DNA of 64,000 bases from an uncultured bacterium (GTDB lineage Bacteria; Babelota; Babeliae; Babelales; Babelaceae), in NCBI GenBank assembly GCA_963711045.1, contig CAVQCM010000002.1, positions 12,218-76,217 of the forward strand, given 5' to 3'. Every line of letters begins with the position of its first letter. Within the stretch, counting starts at the first letter, position 1. Shown here in pieces: positions 1-9,803 of this stretch. The notes under the pieces were generated by a model. The model was not told the origin of the DNA. It did no database searches and saw only the letters and a list, made by a program, of their open reading frames with translations. Made by a program: the position numbers and the translations under genes.

Positions 1-148
1 TTCAGCAGAAGATATTCAAAAACTCCTTATGATGATTGAGCACGGCAAGTTGGTAAAGGCTCAAGGTAAACGAGAACTAAGAATCTGTTCCTTTAAAGGT
101 ATTATCCCTGATCAAGAAGTGTTATCAAGTAGTAAGCTTATTAAGTAA
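1..148 (+). CDS. C-terminal fragment of unidentified protein (5' part outside window)
   Basis: Frame is open from base 2 to TAA at 146-148 (48 codons, ...SAEDIQKLLMMIEHGKLVKAQGKRELRICSFKG...). Too short for a family call. Convergent with trxB. Confidence 0.35.
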   Translation, partial: SAEDIQKLLMMIEHGKLVKAQGKRELRICSFKGIIPDQEVLSSSKLIK

Positions 149-167
149 TTGCTGATCAACGAGTAGT

Positions 168-1097
168 CTAGGTAATATTCTGTTCTTTTAAGTATCTTTC
201 AGCATCGAGTGCTGCTGCACAACCGGTTCCAGCGGCAGTGATTGCTTGGCGATATCTATGATCAGCTACATCACCGGCGGCAAATACGCCAGGTACTGAG
301 GTAACGGTTGTATCTTGTACTGTTAGGTAGCCATAGTCATTCATTGCTAGTTGACCTTTAAAAAGGTGGGTATTGGGAGTGAGTCCAATGGCAACAAATA
401 CACCTGCGGTAGCTAGATGTGTTGTTTTGTGGGTATTTTGATTGGTAACCGTTACACCAGTGACTTTTTTGCCATCACCTTCGATGGCAGTGACAGTGCT
501 GTTATAGATGATGGTAATGTCCTGGTTATTTACGACGCGTTCTTTCATTGCTTGCGAAGCGGTTAGTTCTGGAAGTATATGGATAATAGTGATCTTATTG
601 GTAAAATTAGTGAGAAATGAGGCAATTTCCATGGCCGTATCACCGCCACCAATGACCACCACTTCTTTATCTTTATAAAAAGCGCCATCACATACAGCGC
701 ACGTTGTTACTCCTTTGCCCCAATAGGTATCTTCGCCGGGACATTGTAGGCGCTTAGGTTTTGCACCAGTTGCAATAATGAGCGCATGAGTATGGAGCTC
801 TTTTTCTCCACGGGTAGTAAGTACAAAAGGGCGACGAGAAAGATCTACCTTAGTAATGGTATCACTGAGAAAGCGAGCATTATAATGTTCGGCATGATCT
901 CTCATACGCTTCATGAGAGCTGGTCCCATTATATGAATATCTCCTGGCCAGTTTTCTACCGCGGTAGTAGTCATGAGTTGACCTCCTGGTTCGTAGCCGT
1001 CTATGATGAGAGGCGACAAATCAGCACGACCCGCATATACACCAGCAGTAAGACCGGCAGGGCCAGATCCTATAATAATTATATTTTCGGTTGTCAT
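168..1097 (-). CDS. trxB: thioredoxin-disulfide reductase
   Basis: 309 aa. N-terminal FAD motif IIIIGSGPAGLTAG, redox-active CAVC (TTCAVCDGAFY), second dinucleotide motif VIGGGDTA, C-terminal FAAGDV. Typical low-Mr TrxR length. Confidence 0.9.
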   Translation of the reverse strand: MTTENIIIIGSGPAGLTAGVYAGRADLSPLIIDGYEPGGQLMTTTAVENWPGDIHIMGPALMKRMRDHAEHYNARFLSDTITKVDLSRRPFVLTTRGEKELHTHALIIATGAKPKRLQCPGEDTYWGKGVTTCAVCDGAFYKDKEVVVIGGGDTAMEIASFLTNFTNKITIIHILPELTASQAMKERVVNNQDITIIYNSTVTAIEGDGKKVTGVTVTNQNTHKTTHLATAGVFVAIGLTPNTHLFKGQLAMNDYGYLTVQDTTVTSVPGVFAAGDVADHRYRQAITAAGTGCAAALDAERYLKEQNIT

Positions 1098-2413
1098 AGT
1101 TTAGGCTTTCTGAGTATCTCATGTAGTACATGATTTAATGCTTTTTCACGTAAACAATATTTCTTCAGCAGCGCCGTAGGTAAAGCACTTTCATGACCTT
1201 GAGCTCGTGCAGACGGCATCACGAAGTAGATGAAATCTTTGGTACGGGGTCGCTTGAGAAGATTAAGATACCCACAAATATCTTTTGAGTCAACCGAAAG
1301 ACCTTCTTGATAAGCAATGGTATCAATGATAATAGCTTCTTTGAGCTGCTTCTGTGCAAGACCTGTTACCATTTCGTAAAAATCATCCCGTCCCTTATAG
1401 ACAAGGTAATTAGGACTTGCTTGAATGGCCGCAAGAACCATTTGTTCTTGAAGACTGAGTAAATGCTGCGGGACTGTAATGTCATAGTATTTATGAAGAT
1501 GACTAAAGGCAGCTTCAATGCTTTCACGTCGCTGAGTTATATCTTTTCGTGTCGAAAATACTTCTACGAGTTTTGTGTGAATCTCATGAGGATCCGTAAG
1601 CTTAAAATGATGACTAAAGTGGTCCAAACAGAAGTAGGCACCGGGTAAGCGATGCTTAATCTTAACCATAAAGACATAGGAAATATCATTGGTATCACAT
1701 ATCGATTCTTGCAAAAAGGGATTATTTGAAAGAAAGGTGTCACCAACTTTTTTGCCAATGAAGAGCTCCTGTAAGGCCTTATCATCTTCACCAGGGGCGA
1801 TGCGAACCCACAGGTCGCTGCTATAACCTGGAATCAGATCATGTTCTTCTTCATTGAGCAAAGATATTTCAAAGTTGATCCAGTCTTCAGTTTCAATAGT
1901 ATCTGCCGTACTTTTCTTTTTGAGCTTCAGCTCTTGATCCATAAAGAGATCTACTTGCCGATCAAGATCTTTGTAGTTTTTTCGGCGAGCTGGTTTTACT
2001 TTTATGAGTTTCCACGGCTGTTCTTGTGCAAAGCGTGCATTAGAAAGTCGAAATACAAACTCTGCGTTTCCCTCTGATTGCAGCTTTATATCTATAAGAT
2101 CAGGATCCCCAATGACAACAAGCTTCTTTTTATCAAGAGATTCATATAATAAATGGACCACACAGTGGCTAAATAAAACTTCTTTGATATGCTCAAGAAT
2201 ATGTGTCTTATAATTTTGTTCAATATAGTGTACCGAGGTATCACCTTTATTAAACCCTGGAATTTTTAATTGTTTTTGTCGAGAATGGACCGCTTCATTG
2301 TACAATGCATGTACGTATTCTTTTCCAACGATAACGGTCGCTTTTTGCCTATCAGGTTGCTCTTCAATAACTGAGAACCCAAAGTCTCCCCCTTGGTCAA
2401 TCATGACACTCAT
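1094..2413 (-). CDS. tig: trigger factor
   Basis: Start trimmed to ATG at 2411-2413 (MSVMIDQ...) because the longer ORF runs into tRNA-Leu. N-terminal GFNKG motif resembles the TF ribosome-binding GFRxGxxP. FKBP-like middle region (FIGKKVGDTF). Its stop overlaps the trxB start by 4 nt. Confidence 0.7.
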   Translation of the reverse strand: MSVMIDQGGDFGFSVIEEQPDRQKATVIVGKEYVHALYNEAVHSRQKQLKIPGFNKGDTSVHYIEQNYKTHILEHIKEVLFSHCVVHLLYESLDKKKLVVIGDPDLIDIKLQSEGNAEFVFRLSNARFAQEQPWKLIKVKPARRKNYKDLDRQVDLFMDQELKLKKKSTADTIETEDWINFEISLLNEEEHDLIPGYSSDLWVRIAPGEDDKALQELFIGKKVGDTFLSNNPFLQESICDTNDISYVFMVKIKHRLPGAYFCLDHFSHHFKLTDPHEIHTKLVEVFSTRKDITQRRESIEAAFSHLHKYYDITVPQHLLSLQEQMVLAAIQASPNYLVYKGRDDFYEMVTGLAQKQLKEAIIIDTIAYQEGLSVDSKDICGYLNLLKRPRTKDFIYFVMPSARAQGHESALPTALLKKYCLREKALNHVLHEILRKPKL

Positions 2414-2422
2414 CCTTTTTTT

Positions 2423-2507
<85 letters not shown>

Positions 2508-2603
2508 GTTTTTTAATGCTTCTATACTCTCGTTTCTTATTACAGAAACTTTTTACAGTATAGCACAGGTCTTTGCCCATGAGAAGTCTCAAGTTAGAAG
2601 ATC

Positions 2604-3218
2604 TTACTTTTTCTGTGATCTATAACTTTCCATGAGTGCCTTGTAGTTTGGCTCATGACGAATAAGAAGCTCACCAAAGCCTTCTATATCATTGCGCCAA
2701 TCTCTTTGGAGTTCTGAGGCAATACTAAACCAGTTTACCAGCTGAGCGCCAGCTTGACTCATTCTCAGTAGAGCTACATCTCTAATAGCCGTGCTTGTAG
2801 TGCCAGAAGCATCACAACAAACAAATACATCATATCCAGCTTCTATGGCTGATAGAGCGGGAAAGGCAACGCATACATCGGTGACAATGCCGGCCATAAT
2901 AAGCTGTTTTTTGCCGGTAGCCCTGATGGCCGTGACAAACTCGTCATTGTCCCAAGCATTTATTTGGCCTGGGCGCGCAATAAACTTTGCCGTTGGCAGC
3001 AGATGAGTAAGCTCTGGAACGGCAGGGCCATTTGGTCCTTCTTCAAAACTAGTGGTAATAATAGTTGGCAGATTAAAATACTGCGCGATATCAGCTAGGG
3101 CGAGTACATTATTCTTAAATTCGCTGGGGCTATAGTCATGTACCAGGCTTATCAAGCCAGTCTGATGATCAATAAACAAGACGACAGCATTGTCTTTATC
3201 TAATCGGTGATACTTCAT
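2604..3218 (-). CDS. isochorismatase-family cysteine hydrolase
   Basis: 204 aa. Family pattern VVLFIDHQ...(D), ...KKQLIMAGIVTDVCV (catalytic Cys context), YcaC-like length. Confidence 0.75.
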   Translation of the reverse strand: MKYHRLDKDNAVVLFIDHQTGLISLVHDYSPSEFKNNVLALADIAQYFNLPTIITTSFEEGPNGPAVPELTHLLPTAKFIARPGQINAWDNDEFVTAIRATGKKQLIMAGIVTDVCVAFPALSAIEAGYDVFVCCDASGTTSTAIRDVALLRMSQAGAQLVNWFSIASELQRDWRNDIEGFGELLIRHEPNYKALMESYRSQKK

Positions 3219-3328
3219 ACTTCTCCTTCATGGTTTGAAGTAGTATATCACATTGGGAGAAGGTAATTCAATAGTTTGGACTATGAGGCTTCTGATAGCA
3301 GAAGCCTCATGGTAAGTCTTGCCTTTGA

Positions 3329-3919
3329 TTAGATTGAAGTGATATCTTTTTCTTTTCTATCACTGATGGCATCACATTTTCTGATTATTTCATCAGTTGC
3401 CTTTTGTAATTCATCTTTTAAGCGGCGAGCATAATCTTCAGAGACTTGCTTATTCTTTTCCATAGTTCGTATTTGGTTAAGCACTTCATTACGAACATTT
3501 CTAATCGCTACGCGGGTAAGTTCATGTTTTTTCTTAAGGACCTTTACCAGTTCATCGCGCTGATTGCTGCTCATTTTTGGAAGAGGAATCCTAATAATGT
3601 TACCATCATTTACTGGTGAGAGTGCTAAGTCTGACTGGGATAGCGCCTTTTCTATAGCGGGAATGTTTTCCTTATCCCAGGGCTGAACCATCAAAAGGGC
3701 CGCTTCTGGAGCAGAAATAGAGGCGATTTCTTTTAAGGGCATGGTAGTGCCATAGGCATAGGCTTTTATATCTTCTATCATCGAAGGATGAGCACGTCCA
3801 GTACGAATTTTGAGAAGCTCTTTTTCAAAAGCTTCTATCGCATTTTGCATTTCTTTGGTAACACCATCATAAAAGGGCTTTGTGGGGCTACCTTCTACAA
3901 TTGTTGCTTTAAAGGTCAT
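3329..3919 (-). CDS. frr: ribosome recycling factor
   Basis: Start set at MTFKATIVE... (ATG 3917-3919). Strong RRF similarity (LLKIRTGRAHPSMIEDIK, NDGNIIRIPLPKMSSNQRDELVK). Conserved tsf-pyrH-frr order. Confidence 0.9.
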   Translation of the reverse strand: MTFKATIVEGSPTKPFYDGVTKEMQNAIEAFEKELLKIRTGRAHPSMIEDIKAYAYGTTMPLKEIASISAPEAALLMVQPWDKENIPAIEKALSQSDLALSPVNDGNIIRIPLPKMSSNQRDELVKVLKKKHELTRVAIRNVRNEVLNQIRTMEKNKQVSEDYARRLKDELQKATDEIIRKCDAISDRKEKDITSI

Positions 3920-3938
3920 AATAAATCCTTTTTTGTAG

Positions 3939-4616
3939 TTAACCTGATACGAGACTGCCATAGGCGGGATCCTTTGCAGCATGTATCAGTGCATTATCAC
4001 TAAATATATTAAATACTCTTATCGGTAAGTTATGTTCTTGGGCTAACACAAAAGCAGTAGCATCCATAATCCCCAAATCTTTTTCCCGAGCTTGGTGGTA
4101 ACTTACATGCTTTAACATCTTTGCTGATGGATCTTCATAAGGATCTGCTGAGTAAATACCGTCTACCTTTGTTGCTTTCCATAAAGAAGATGCCTGTATC
4201 TGTAATGCACGAATTACCGCGGAGGTATCGGTGCTAAAATAGGGACTTCCTGTACCACCACCAAATATGAGACAACGAGATTCCTTAAGGGCTCGCTGTA
4301 ATCCTTGTGGAGAGATGGATAACCCAACTTCGGGACACACGATAGCGCTAAACAGGGTAGTTGAGATGCCTGCATGCTCAAAAATATCCTGTATAATCAG
4401 CCCATTCATGAGGGTCGCAAGCATGCCTACAGAGTGGCCTGTTTGTTCGGTGATATGAAGCTTTTTACTTTGGCGTGCGCCACGAAAAAAGTTACCACCG
4501 CCAATGACGATACCAAAGGTATAATCTTCAAGCTGCTGTAGCTGTGCAGCTATATTCTCAAGAAGGGTTGGCCCATCATCAAGGATGTTACCCGTTAATT
4601 TGAGAAGGATACGCAT
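3939..4616 (-). CDS. pyrH: UMP kinase
   Basis: MRILLKLTGN... start avoids overlap with tsf. Amino-acid-kinase fold motifs (IVIGGGNFFRG, FGGGTGSPYFSTDT). Confidence 0.9.
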   Translation of the reverse strand: MRILLKLTGNILDDGPTLLENIAAQLQQLEDYTFGIVIGGGNFFRGARQSKKLHITEQTGHSVGMLATLMNGLIIQDIFEHAGISTTLFSAIVCPEVGLSISPQGLQRALKESRCLIFGGGTGSPYFSTDTSAVIRALQIQASSLWKATKVDGIYSADPYEDPSAKMLKHVSYHQAREKDLGIMDATAFVLAQEHNLPIRVFNIFSDNALIHAAKDPAYGSLVSG

Positions 4617-4620
4617 GGTT

Positions 4621-5211
4621 TTAGGTACCGACTTCAAATCTCACAAATCGTCTAATCTTAATGTTTTCACCCATTTTGGCGATGAGGTCTTTCAACATAT
4701 CTCCAACTGTGAGCTTGTCGTTTTTAATATACGGTTGATTAAGTAAACAGATTTCTGTGTAGTACTTCTCGAGCTTACCTTCGATAATTTTATCGATGAT
4801 TTCTGCCGGTTTACCAGCGAGTTGCTCTTTATAGATAGCTCGCTCTTTTTCGATTAATGCTGGATCAACATCGGTTGATTCTATACATACCGGCCTAAAT
4901 GCTGCAATTTGCATAGCAACATTTTGTGCAAAGGCAGCCATGTCTTCAGTTCGGGCTACAAAGTCTGTTTCACAGTTGAGCTCAACAAGAACACCAATAG
5001 TATTGCCGGGGTGAATATAGGCATGTACGAGGCCTTCAGAGGTTTTCTTACCAGCCCGTTTTTCAGCAAGAAGGGCACCTTTTTTACGAAGGAGCTCAAT
5101 TGCTTTTTCTATATCGCCACCAGTTTCAGTAAGGGCCTTTTTACAGTCCATCATACCTATACCGGTTCTTTCACGTAATCGTTGAATTAATTCTAATGTT
5201 ACATCTGCCAT
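4621..5211 (-). CDS. tsf: elongation factor Ts (short form)
   Basis: Start at MADVTLELIQRLRERTGIGMMDCKKAL (UBA-like N-terminus typical of EF-Ts). About 196 aa. Confidence 0.9.
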   Translation of the reverse strand: MADVTLELIQRLRERTGIGMMDCKKALTETGGDIEKAIELLRKKGALLAEKRAGKKTSEGLVHAYIHPGNTIGVLVELNCETDFVARTEDMAAFAQNVAMQIAAFRPVCIESTDVDPALIEKERAIYKEQLAGKPAEIIDKIIEGKLEKYYTEICLLNQPYIKNDKLTVGDMLKDLIAKMGENIKIRRFVRFEVGT

Positions 5212-5281
5212 AAACGCTCCTTGGTTTGGCATAAACTGTATATTTCTCTCTAGTGTGCCAAAAAGTCGCGCATTGCGCAAA

Positions 5282-5833
5282 TTAGGTATGTTTTTTTACG
5301 AGGTCTATATATGGCATACGTTTATCCTCAGGTAGGCTACGTAAATCCATTTCGAGGTCGTTTCTTGAGTCAGGTTGTTTAGCAAGAATTTTTTTGGCAA
5401 GCGTAAGGTTGCGATTTCTGATAATTTGATAGAGATACTTTTCTGGGACAGTAAGATGAGGAATTTGTAATAAGAGCTCGACAGTACTTGAGTCTTTAGT
5501 GAGTGTTCTCCATGAAGCATCACTCATCTGTGTAGCTTCAATATCAGTATCTTCTACAAGGAAGGTAATAACGCGGATTCGTAACTCTTTATTCTGAATG
5601 TGCATTATTTCTTCTAAGATAGCGGAATTTTTTCTATGATCGGTTAATTTGAATGAAACTTTCCCTTTTAGTTCTTTAAGAGCGGTGAGATTGCCGGATT
5701 TTACGGCATCAATCATTTTATAGGCTTGACTCATTGTTGGTCTTGGAAGTGCCCGGGAGAGTGCCTTAGAAGATTGCTTCATACAAAAGATGGGAGCCGA
5801 TATGAGTGTGCAAAAAAGTAATTTGTAGAGCAT
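5282..5833 (-). CDS. hypothetical secreted protein
   Basis: 183-aa ORF with hydrophobic N-terminus (MLYKLLFCTLISAPIFC). No recognisable family. Sits where rpsB would normally precede tsf. Confidence 0.5.
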   Translation of the reverse strand: MLYKLLFCTLISAPIFCMKQSSKALSRALPRPTMSQAYKMIDAVKSGNLTALKELKGKVSFKLTDHRKNSAILEEIMHIQNKELRIRVITFLVEDTDIEATQMSDASWRTLTKDSSTVELLLQIPHLTVPEKYLYQIIRNRNLTLAKKILAKQPDSRNDLEMDLRSLPEDKRMPYIDLVKKHT

Positions 5834-6022
5834 TGATAGTTCCTTCTTCAGTTAGATGTTCATAGCTTAAAAAAGTTTGCCACCTTTTTAGGTGTTTGAC
5901 AAGCAAGTGTCTTTTGACGTGCAGGCCAGTTAGCGTAGTATTGTATTTGCTGGTATTTTTTATATTTACAAGAGGAACTACTACTATGATGGTGTTTGAT
6001 GGAAATTCTCCTCTAATTGGCG

Positions 6023-6050
6023 TTGAAATATACTAGATATATGCTACAAT
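6023..6050 (+). promoter_or_regulatory. candidate sigma-70 promoter of rplU
   Basis: TTGAAA, 16 nt spacer, TACAAT. The -10 ends 47 nt upstream of the rplU ATG. Confidence 0.35.
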
Positions 6051-6096
6051 AGAAAATATGCTTTAAAAGCGTTATTTTTCCATATAAAGGACTGCT

Positions 6097-6426
6097 ATGG
6101 CACAGAAAAACAAAGTAGATGCTCGTTATGCAATTATTGAGACGGGTGGTAAACAATACCAAGCACTTGAAGGCAAGACGTTAGGTATCGAAAAGCTTGA
6201 CATGAATGAAGGTGATTCAGTAACCTTTGAGAAGGTATTATTAAGAAAAGATGGTAATGACGTACATATTGGTCAGCCATTTCTTACTATGCCAGTTAAA
6301 GCTAAGGTATTAAAGCACATTCGCGGGCCTAAACTTACGGTATTTAAGTTTAAACGTCGCAAGAAATATATGCGTAAAAAGGGTCATAGACAACCGATTA
6401 CCGTGGTGCGCATAGAATCCATCTAA
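6097..6426 (+). CDS. rplU: 50S ribosomal protein L21
   Basis: 109 aa. YAIIETGGKQYQALEGK... is typical of L21. Confidence 0.9.
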   Translation: MAQKNKVDARYAIIETGGKQYQALEGKTLGIEKLDMNEGDSVTFEKVLLRKDGNDVHIGQPFLTMPVKAKVLKHIRGPKLTVFKFKRRKKYMRKKGHRQPITVVRIESI

Positions 6427-6442
6427 ATGGGGGAGCACGTAC

Positions 6443-6745
6443 ATGAAGGGAGTAGTAGCAGCAATGCTCATTGCAGGCAGTCTGTCTGCGCATAATAAGT
6501 CAACAGAATCGCTAGAATCTCTTTTTGAGGGTAAGCCCTCAAGAGGTTCTGCTGCGTCTTTATATAGGTTTATTGATTTGAATATGCTTTTTGAAGAGTT
6601 TCCTGAGGCAGGAAAAGACTTTAAAAAGCTTTCTCAAGAGGATAAAGATAAAATTATTGAGTCGGTAGATCTGTTTAATGAGGCTTTTAGTGAGGCCTTT
6701 GGTGAGATTCTTGCTTCATTAGATGAAGAAGAGCCACCGGTATAA
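6443..6745 (+). CDS. hypothetical small secreted acidic protein
   Basis: 100 aa. GGGGAG Shine-Dalgarno sequence, N-terminal signal-like MKGVVAAMLIAGSLSA, acidic C-terminus. Occupies the position where rpmA usually follows rplU. Confidence 0.5.
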   Translation: MKGVVAAMLIAGSLSAHNKSTESLESLFEGKPSRGSAASLYRFIDLNMLFEEFPEAGKDFKKLSQEDKDKIIESVDLFNEAFSEAFGEILASLDEEEPPV

Positions 6746-6971
6746 TGAATGAACATCTACGAGAAGCGCTTCCTCGTTTTACCTAGCATTTTATGTTAGA
6801 AATCTTTCTTCTGTCCATAAAATTCTTATAGAAATGTCATAGTATGCTTATGCTTGAGGTAGTTTTCGAGCATTTTTAGTTCAGCTAGAAACTATTTGAT
6901 AGTAAAAACTATGGATTTTTATACAAAAAGTATCGTATACTGATAATGAGGGTCATATAAAAGGAAGTAAG

Positions 6972-9707
6972 ATGAAGTATCTCATATACAGTCTCATACT
7001 TAGTTATGTAGCGTGCGGTGTCCTCAATGGCGGTAATTCTCAAGCAAATGCCGTATTAGTAGATGCGCAAGGAAGAATTCTCACGGCTGGACTGGCTAAT
7101 AATATTACAAGTGTTCCAAGTAACATGCCTGATAGGACCACTGATTTTGCGCTCGCCAGATACTTACCTGATGGATCTTTAGATCCTACTTTCAATCCTA
7201 CGGGCTTTAATCCTGGCATGATACAATTTGATATTCAGGAGATGTTGCCTCCAGCAATGGCGGTGGTGCTCGAGCCAATTGATGAAGGAATTACTGCATT
7301 GGCATTTGATCAGAATAATAAGATTATAGCGGCCGGTTTTGCGAGTGTTGGCTTAAACTCGACTTTTGTAGTTGCCCGTTTTAATGAAGATGGGAGTCTT
7401 GATACAACGTTTAATGCCAACGGTCAGTTGGGCACGCTTCCCGGTATTGCGTTTATTACGTTTGGTATGTTAGGTGATGTGGCGACTGGTGTTGCTGTAG
7501 ATAGCCACAATAGAATTGTTGTTGTTGGTTCATCAGATAATGGCCAGAATATTGACTTAATAGTGATTCGTCTAACAGAAGATGGGATGCTTGATCCAAC
7601 CTTTAATCCTTTTTCACCGGTGATAGGAAGTCCTGCATTTAATTTTACCGCAATAACAACAGGTCAAGAGACACCATTATTTAGAAGTCCGGGGGTTTTA
7701 GTGATGAGAGATATTGACGGCATTCAAAGCTTAACGAATCAAGGTGATCAATCTGCTTCTGCCGTTGTTGTATTGCCAGATGATGCCATTCTGGTTGGGG
7801 GAACGCTTGATAATGTGAATTTTACGGTTGCTACTCCCGCATTAAGTACCGATTTTCTTATCGTGAAATTAACGCCAACGGGCCAACTTGATCAAACATT
7901 TAATGCACAAAGTTCGACGCCGGGTATTGTAACACTTGATTTCAATACGTTTGATGACGAATCTTTTGCTTTGCGCGTAGATACTAATAATCGCATTGTT
8001 ATTGGTGGTCTTACCAATAATGCTGATCTTACCAGCTTTGGCTTAGCACGTTATACTCCAAATGGTACCCTTGATACTACGTTCAATGGTGCAGGGCAAT
8101 CAGAAGGGTCACCTGGTACGGTGATAACGACCATTACGACTGAGGTAAATAACATAGAAGTACAAAGTTCTTTGTCGGTGTTGAGAGGACTTGCTATTCA
8201 AGATGACAATAAAATTATCGCTGCAGGCTTTACTGATAATCTTGACAGTCGTTCTTTTGCCACCATACGTTATACCGAAGATGGAGCGTTAGATACTACG
8301 TTTAATCCTAATGGTCTTACCCCAGGAGTGGTGATACAAACCATAGAGCCTTCGGAAAACACACAAAATGATACGGCAATAACTGCCGAAAATGAGGGGC
8401 TTGGTGTTGCACTTGGCCAAAATAATAGCATCTATACGACTGGTTATTCAAATGATGGCCTTCAAAATAATTTTACGACCATTAATTATCTTGAAACGGG
8501 TGCGCTCAATACCGTTTTTAATGCTAATGGAGAGGTGTCTAATCAACCAGGCATTGTAATTACTCCCTTTGGACCACCATTAAGAAGTTTGGGTAATGGT
8601 GTTCCTATTGAAGTTACCGAAGATCTTACTGGGGTAAGCCCTATAATTATTGCAGATTTAACCTATCCTCCTTTGCCTTTCGAACCTTATATTTATAAGA
8701 GCAGTTTGCAAGCAATTAATGTTGGACAGCGAATGCTTTCAGGCCAAGCATCGCCACACGCTATCATCTCGGTGTTTATTAATGAAGTGCCTGCCGTAAC
8801 CACATCCGCAAATAAGGCTGGGGTATGGAGTGCTCATTTACCCTTTTTAGCTGATGGTATCTATCAGGCAACTGTAGTAGCTATAGATCCTTTAACGGGC
8901 GTATCGTTATCATCTGAACCTGTGTCACTGAGCATAGAACATGTAGCTCCGGAGATTCCTCGTATTATTAGTCCTACACCTGGTCAGCGCCTTACTCGCA
9001 CTATCAGTACTATTAGGGGTACTGGGCAACCAGGTATGGTTATTTCCATTGTTATTGATGGGAAAGAAGAGCTTGAAACGGCCACCACTTCTGACGGGCA
9101 ATGGCATATACAAACCTCACTTTCAGATGGTGAGCATACGTTACAAGCGCATGCAATTGACAAAGCTGGTAAGGTAAGTGGCATATCTGAAAAGCTAACC
9201 TTTGAGGTTGCTACCAAAAAACGAGTGGCACCTCAGATTATATCACCTCAATCTGGCGCAACCGTAGCAAGCTCTACGATTTTTATTCGAGGAACTGGCC
9301 AGCCAAATACTACAATTAACGTTGTCATAAATGGCACCTCTCAAAACGTTACCACTTCCTCAGATGGTATCTGGACAGTGCCTCTTGTTGAACCAACGGG
9401 AATGGTTACGGTACAAGCTTTCCATGACGGTCTGCAGTCACAGAAGGTGCGTTTTTCAGTACAAAAGAGTAAGCCCATACATGCTGATAAAGAACATGGA
9501 GGGGTGCTTTCAGGAATCTCAGAGCCAGAAAGTCGCATTAGTTTTTATAAAGATAAGAAGTATCTTGGGTCAACTTATGCAAATAAGCAAGGTGCTTGGA
9601 CGTATACGCCAAAAGGTCTTCCTGAAGGTAAACAGCGTATAAAGCTTCTTGTTGAAGATAAAAAAGGGGCACCCTTGCGGATGATTGAGCAAAATATCTC
9701 CCTCTAA
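6972..9707 (+). CDS. large secreted delta-60-repeat (beta-propeller type) protein with C-terminal bacterial Ig-like domains
   Basis: 911 aa with a signal peptide. At least 8 repeats of about 55-60 aa share the signature (A/I)RY.(P/E)DG.LD.TFN..G. The C-terminal third has repeated I(I)SP..G....S..I.G.TGQP..... modules (Big-like). Confidence 0.75.
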   Translation: MKYLIYSLILSYVACGVLNGGNSQANAVLVDAQGRILTAGLANNITSVPSNMPDRTTDFALARYLPDGSLDPTFNPTGFNPGMIQFDIQEMLPPAMAVVLEPIDEGITALAFDQNNKIIAAGFASVGLNSTFVVARFNEDGSLDTTFNANGQLGTLPGIAFITFGMLGDVATGVAVDSHNRIVVVGSSDNGQNIDLIVIRLTEDGMLDPTFNPFSPVIGSPAFNFTAITTGQETPLFRSPGVLVMRDIDGIQSLTNQGDQSASAVVVLPDDAILVGGTLDNVNFTVATPALSTDFLIVKLTPTGQLDQTFNAQSSTPGIVTLDFNTFDDESFALRVDTNNRIVIGGLTNNADLTSFGLARYTPNGTLDTTFNGAGQSEGSPGTVITTITTEVNNIEVQSSLSVLRGLAIQDDNKIIAAGFTDNLDSRSFATIRYTEDGALDTTFNPNGLTPGVVIQTIEPSENTQNDTAITAENEGLGVALGQNNSIYTTGYSNDGLQNNFTTINYLETGALNTVFNANGEVSNQPGIVITPFGPPLRSLGNGVPIEVTEDLTGVSPIIIADLTYPPLPFEPYIYKSSLQAINVGQRMLSGQASPHAIISVFINEVPAVTTSANKAGVWSAHLPFLADGIYQATVVAIDPLTGVSLSSEPVSLSIEHVAPEIPRIISPTPGQRLTRTISTIRGTGQPGMVISIVIDGKEELETATTSDGQWHIQTSLSDGEHTLQAHAIDKAGKVSGISEKLTFEVATKKRVAPQIISPQSGATVASSTIFIRGTGQPNTTINVVINGTSQNVTTSSDGIWTVPLVEPTGMVTVQAFHDGLQSQKVRFSVQKSKPIHADKEHGGVLSGISEPESRISFYKDKKYLGSTYANKQGAWTYTPKGLPEGKQRIKLLVEDKKGAPLRMIEQNISL

Positions 9708-9803
9708 TGAAGAATGTTCTTAGTTCAGATACATATTAGATAATTTGAATAATTGTGGAATACTTAATGTGAGTAGTACGTCTTATTATATTCATGAAAG
9801 CAA

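Noticed and set aside
168-1097. The CAVC active site of TrxB, instead of the textbook CATC, as a possible oddity.
   Set aside because: CAVC is a common natural variant of the low-Mr thioredoxin reductase dithiol motif.
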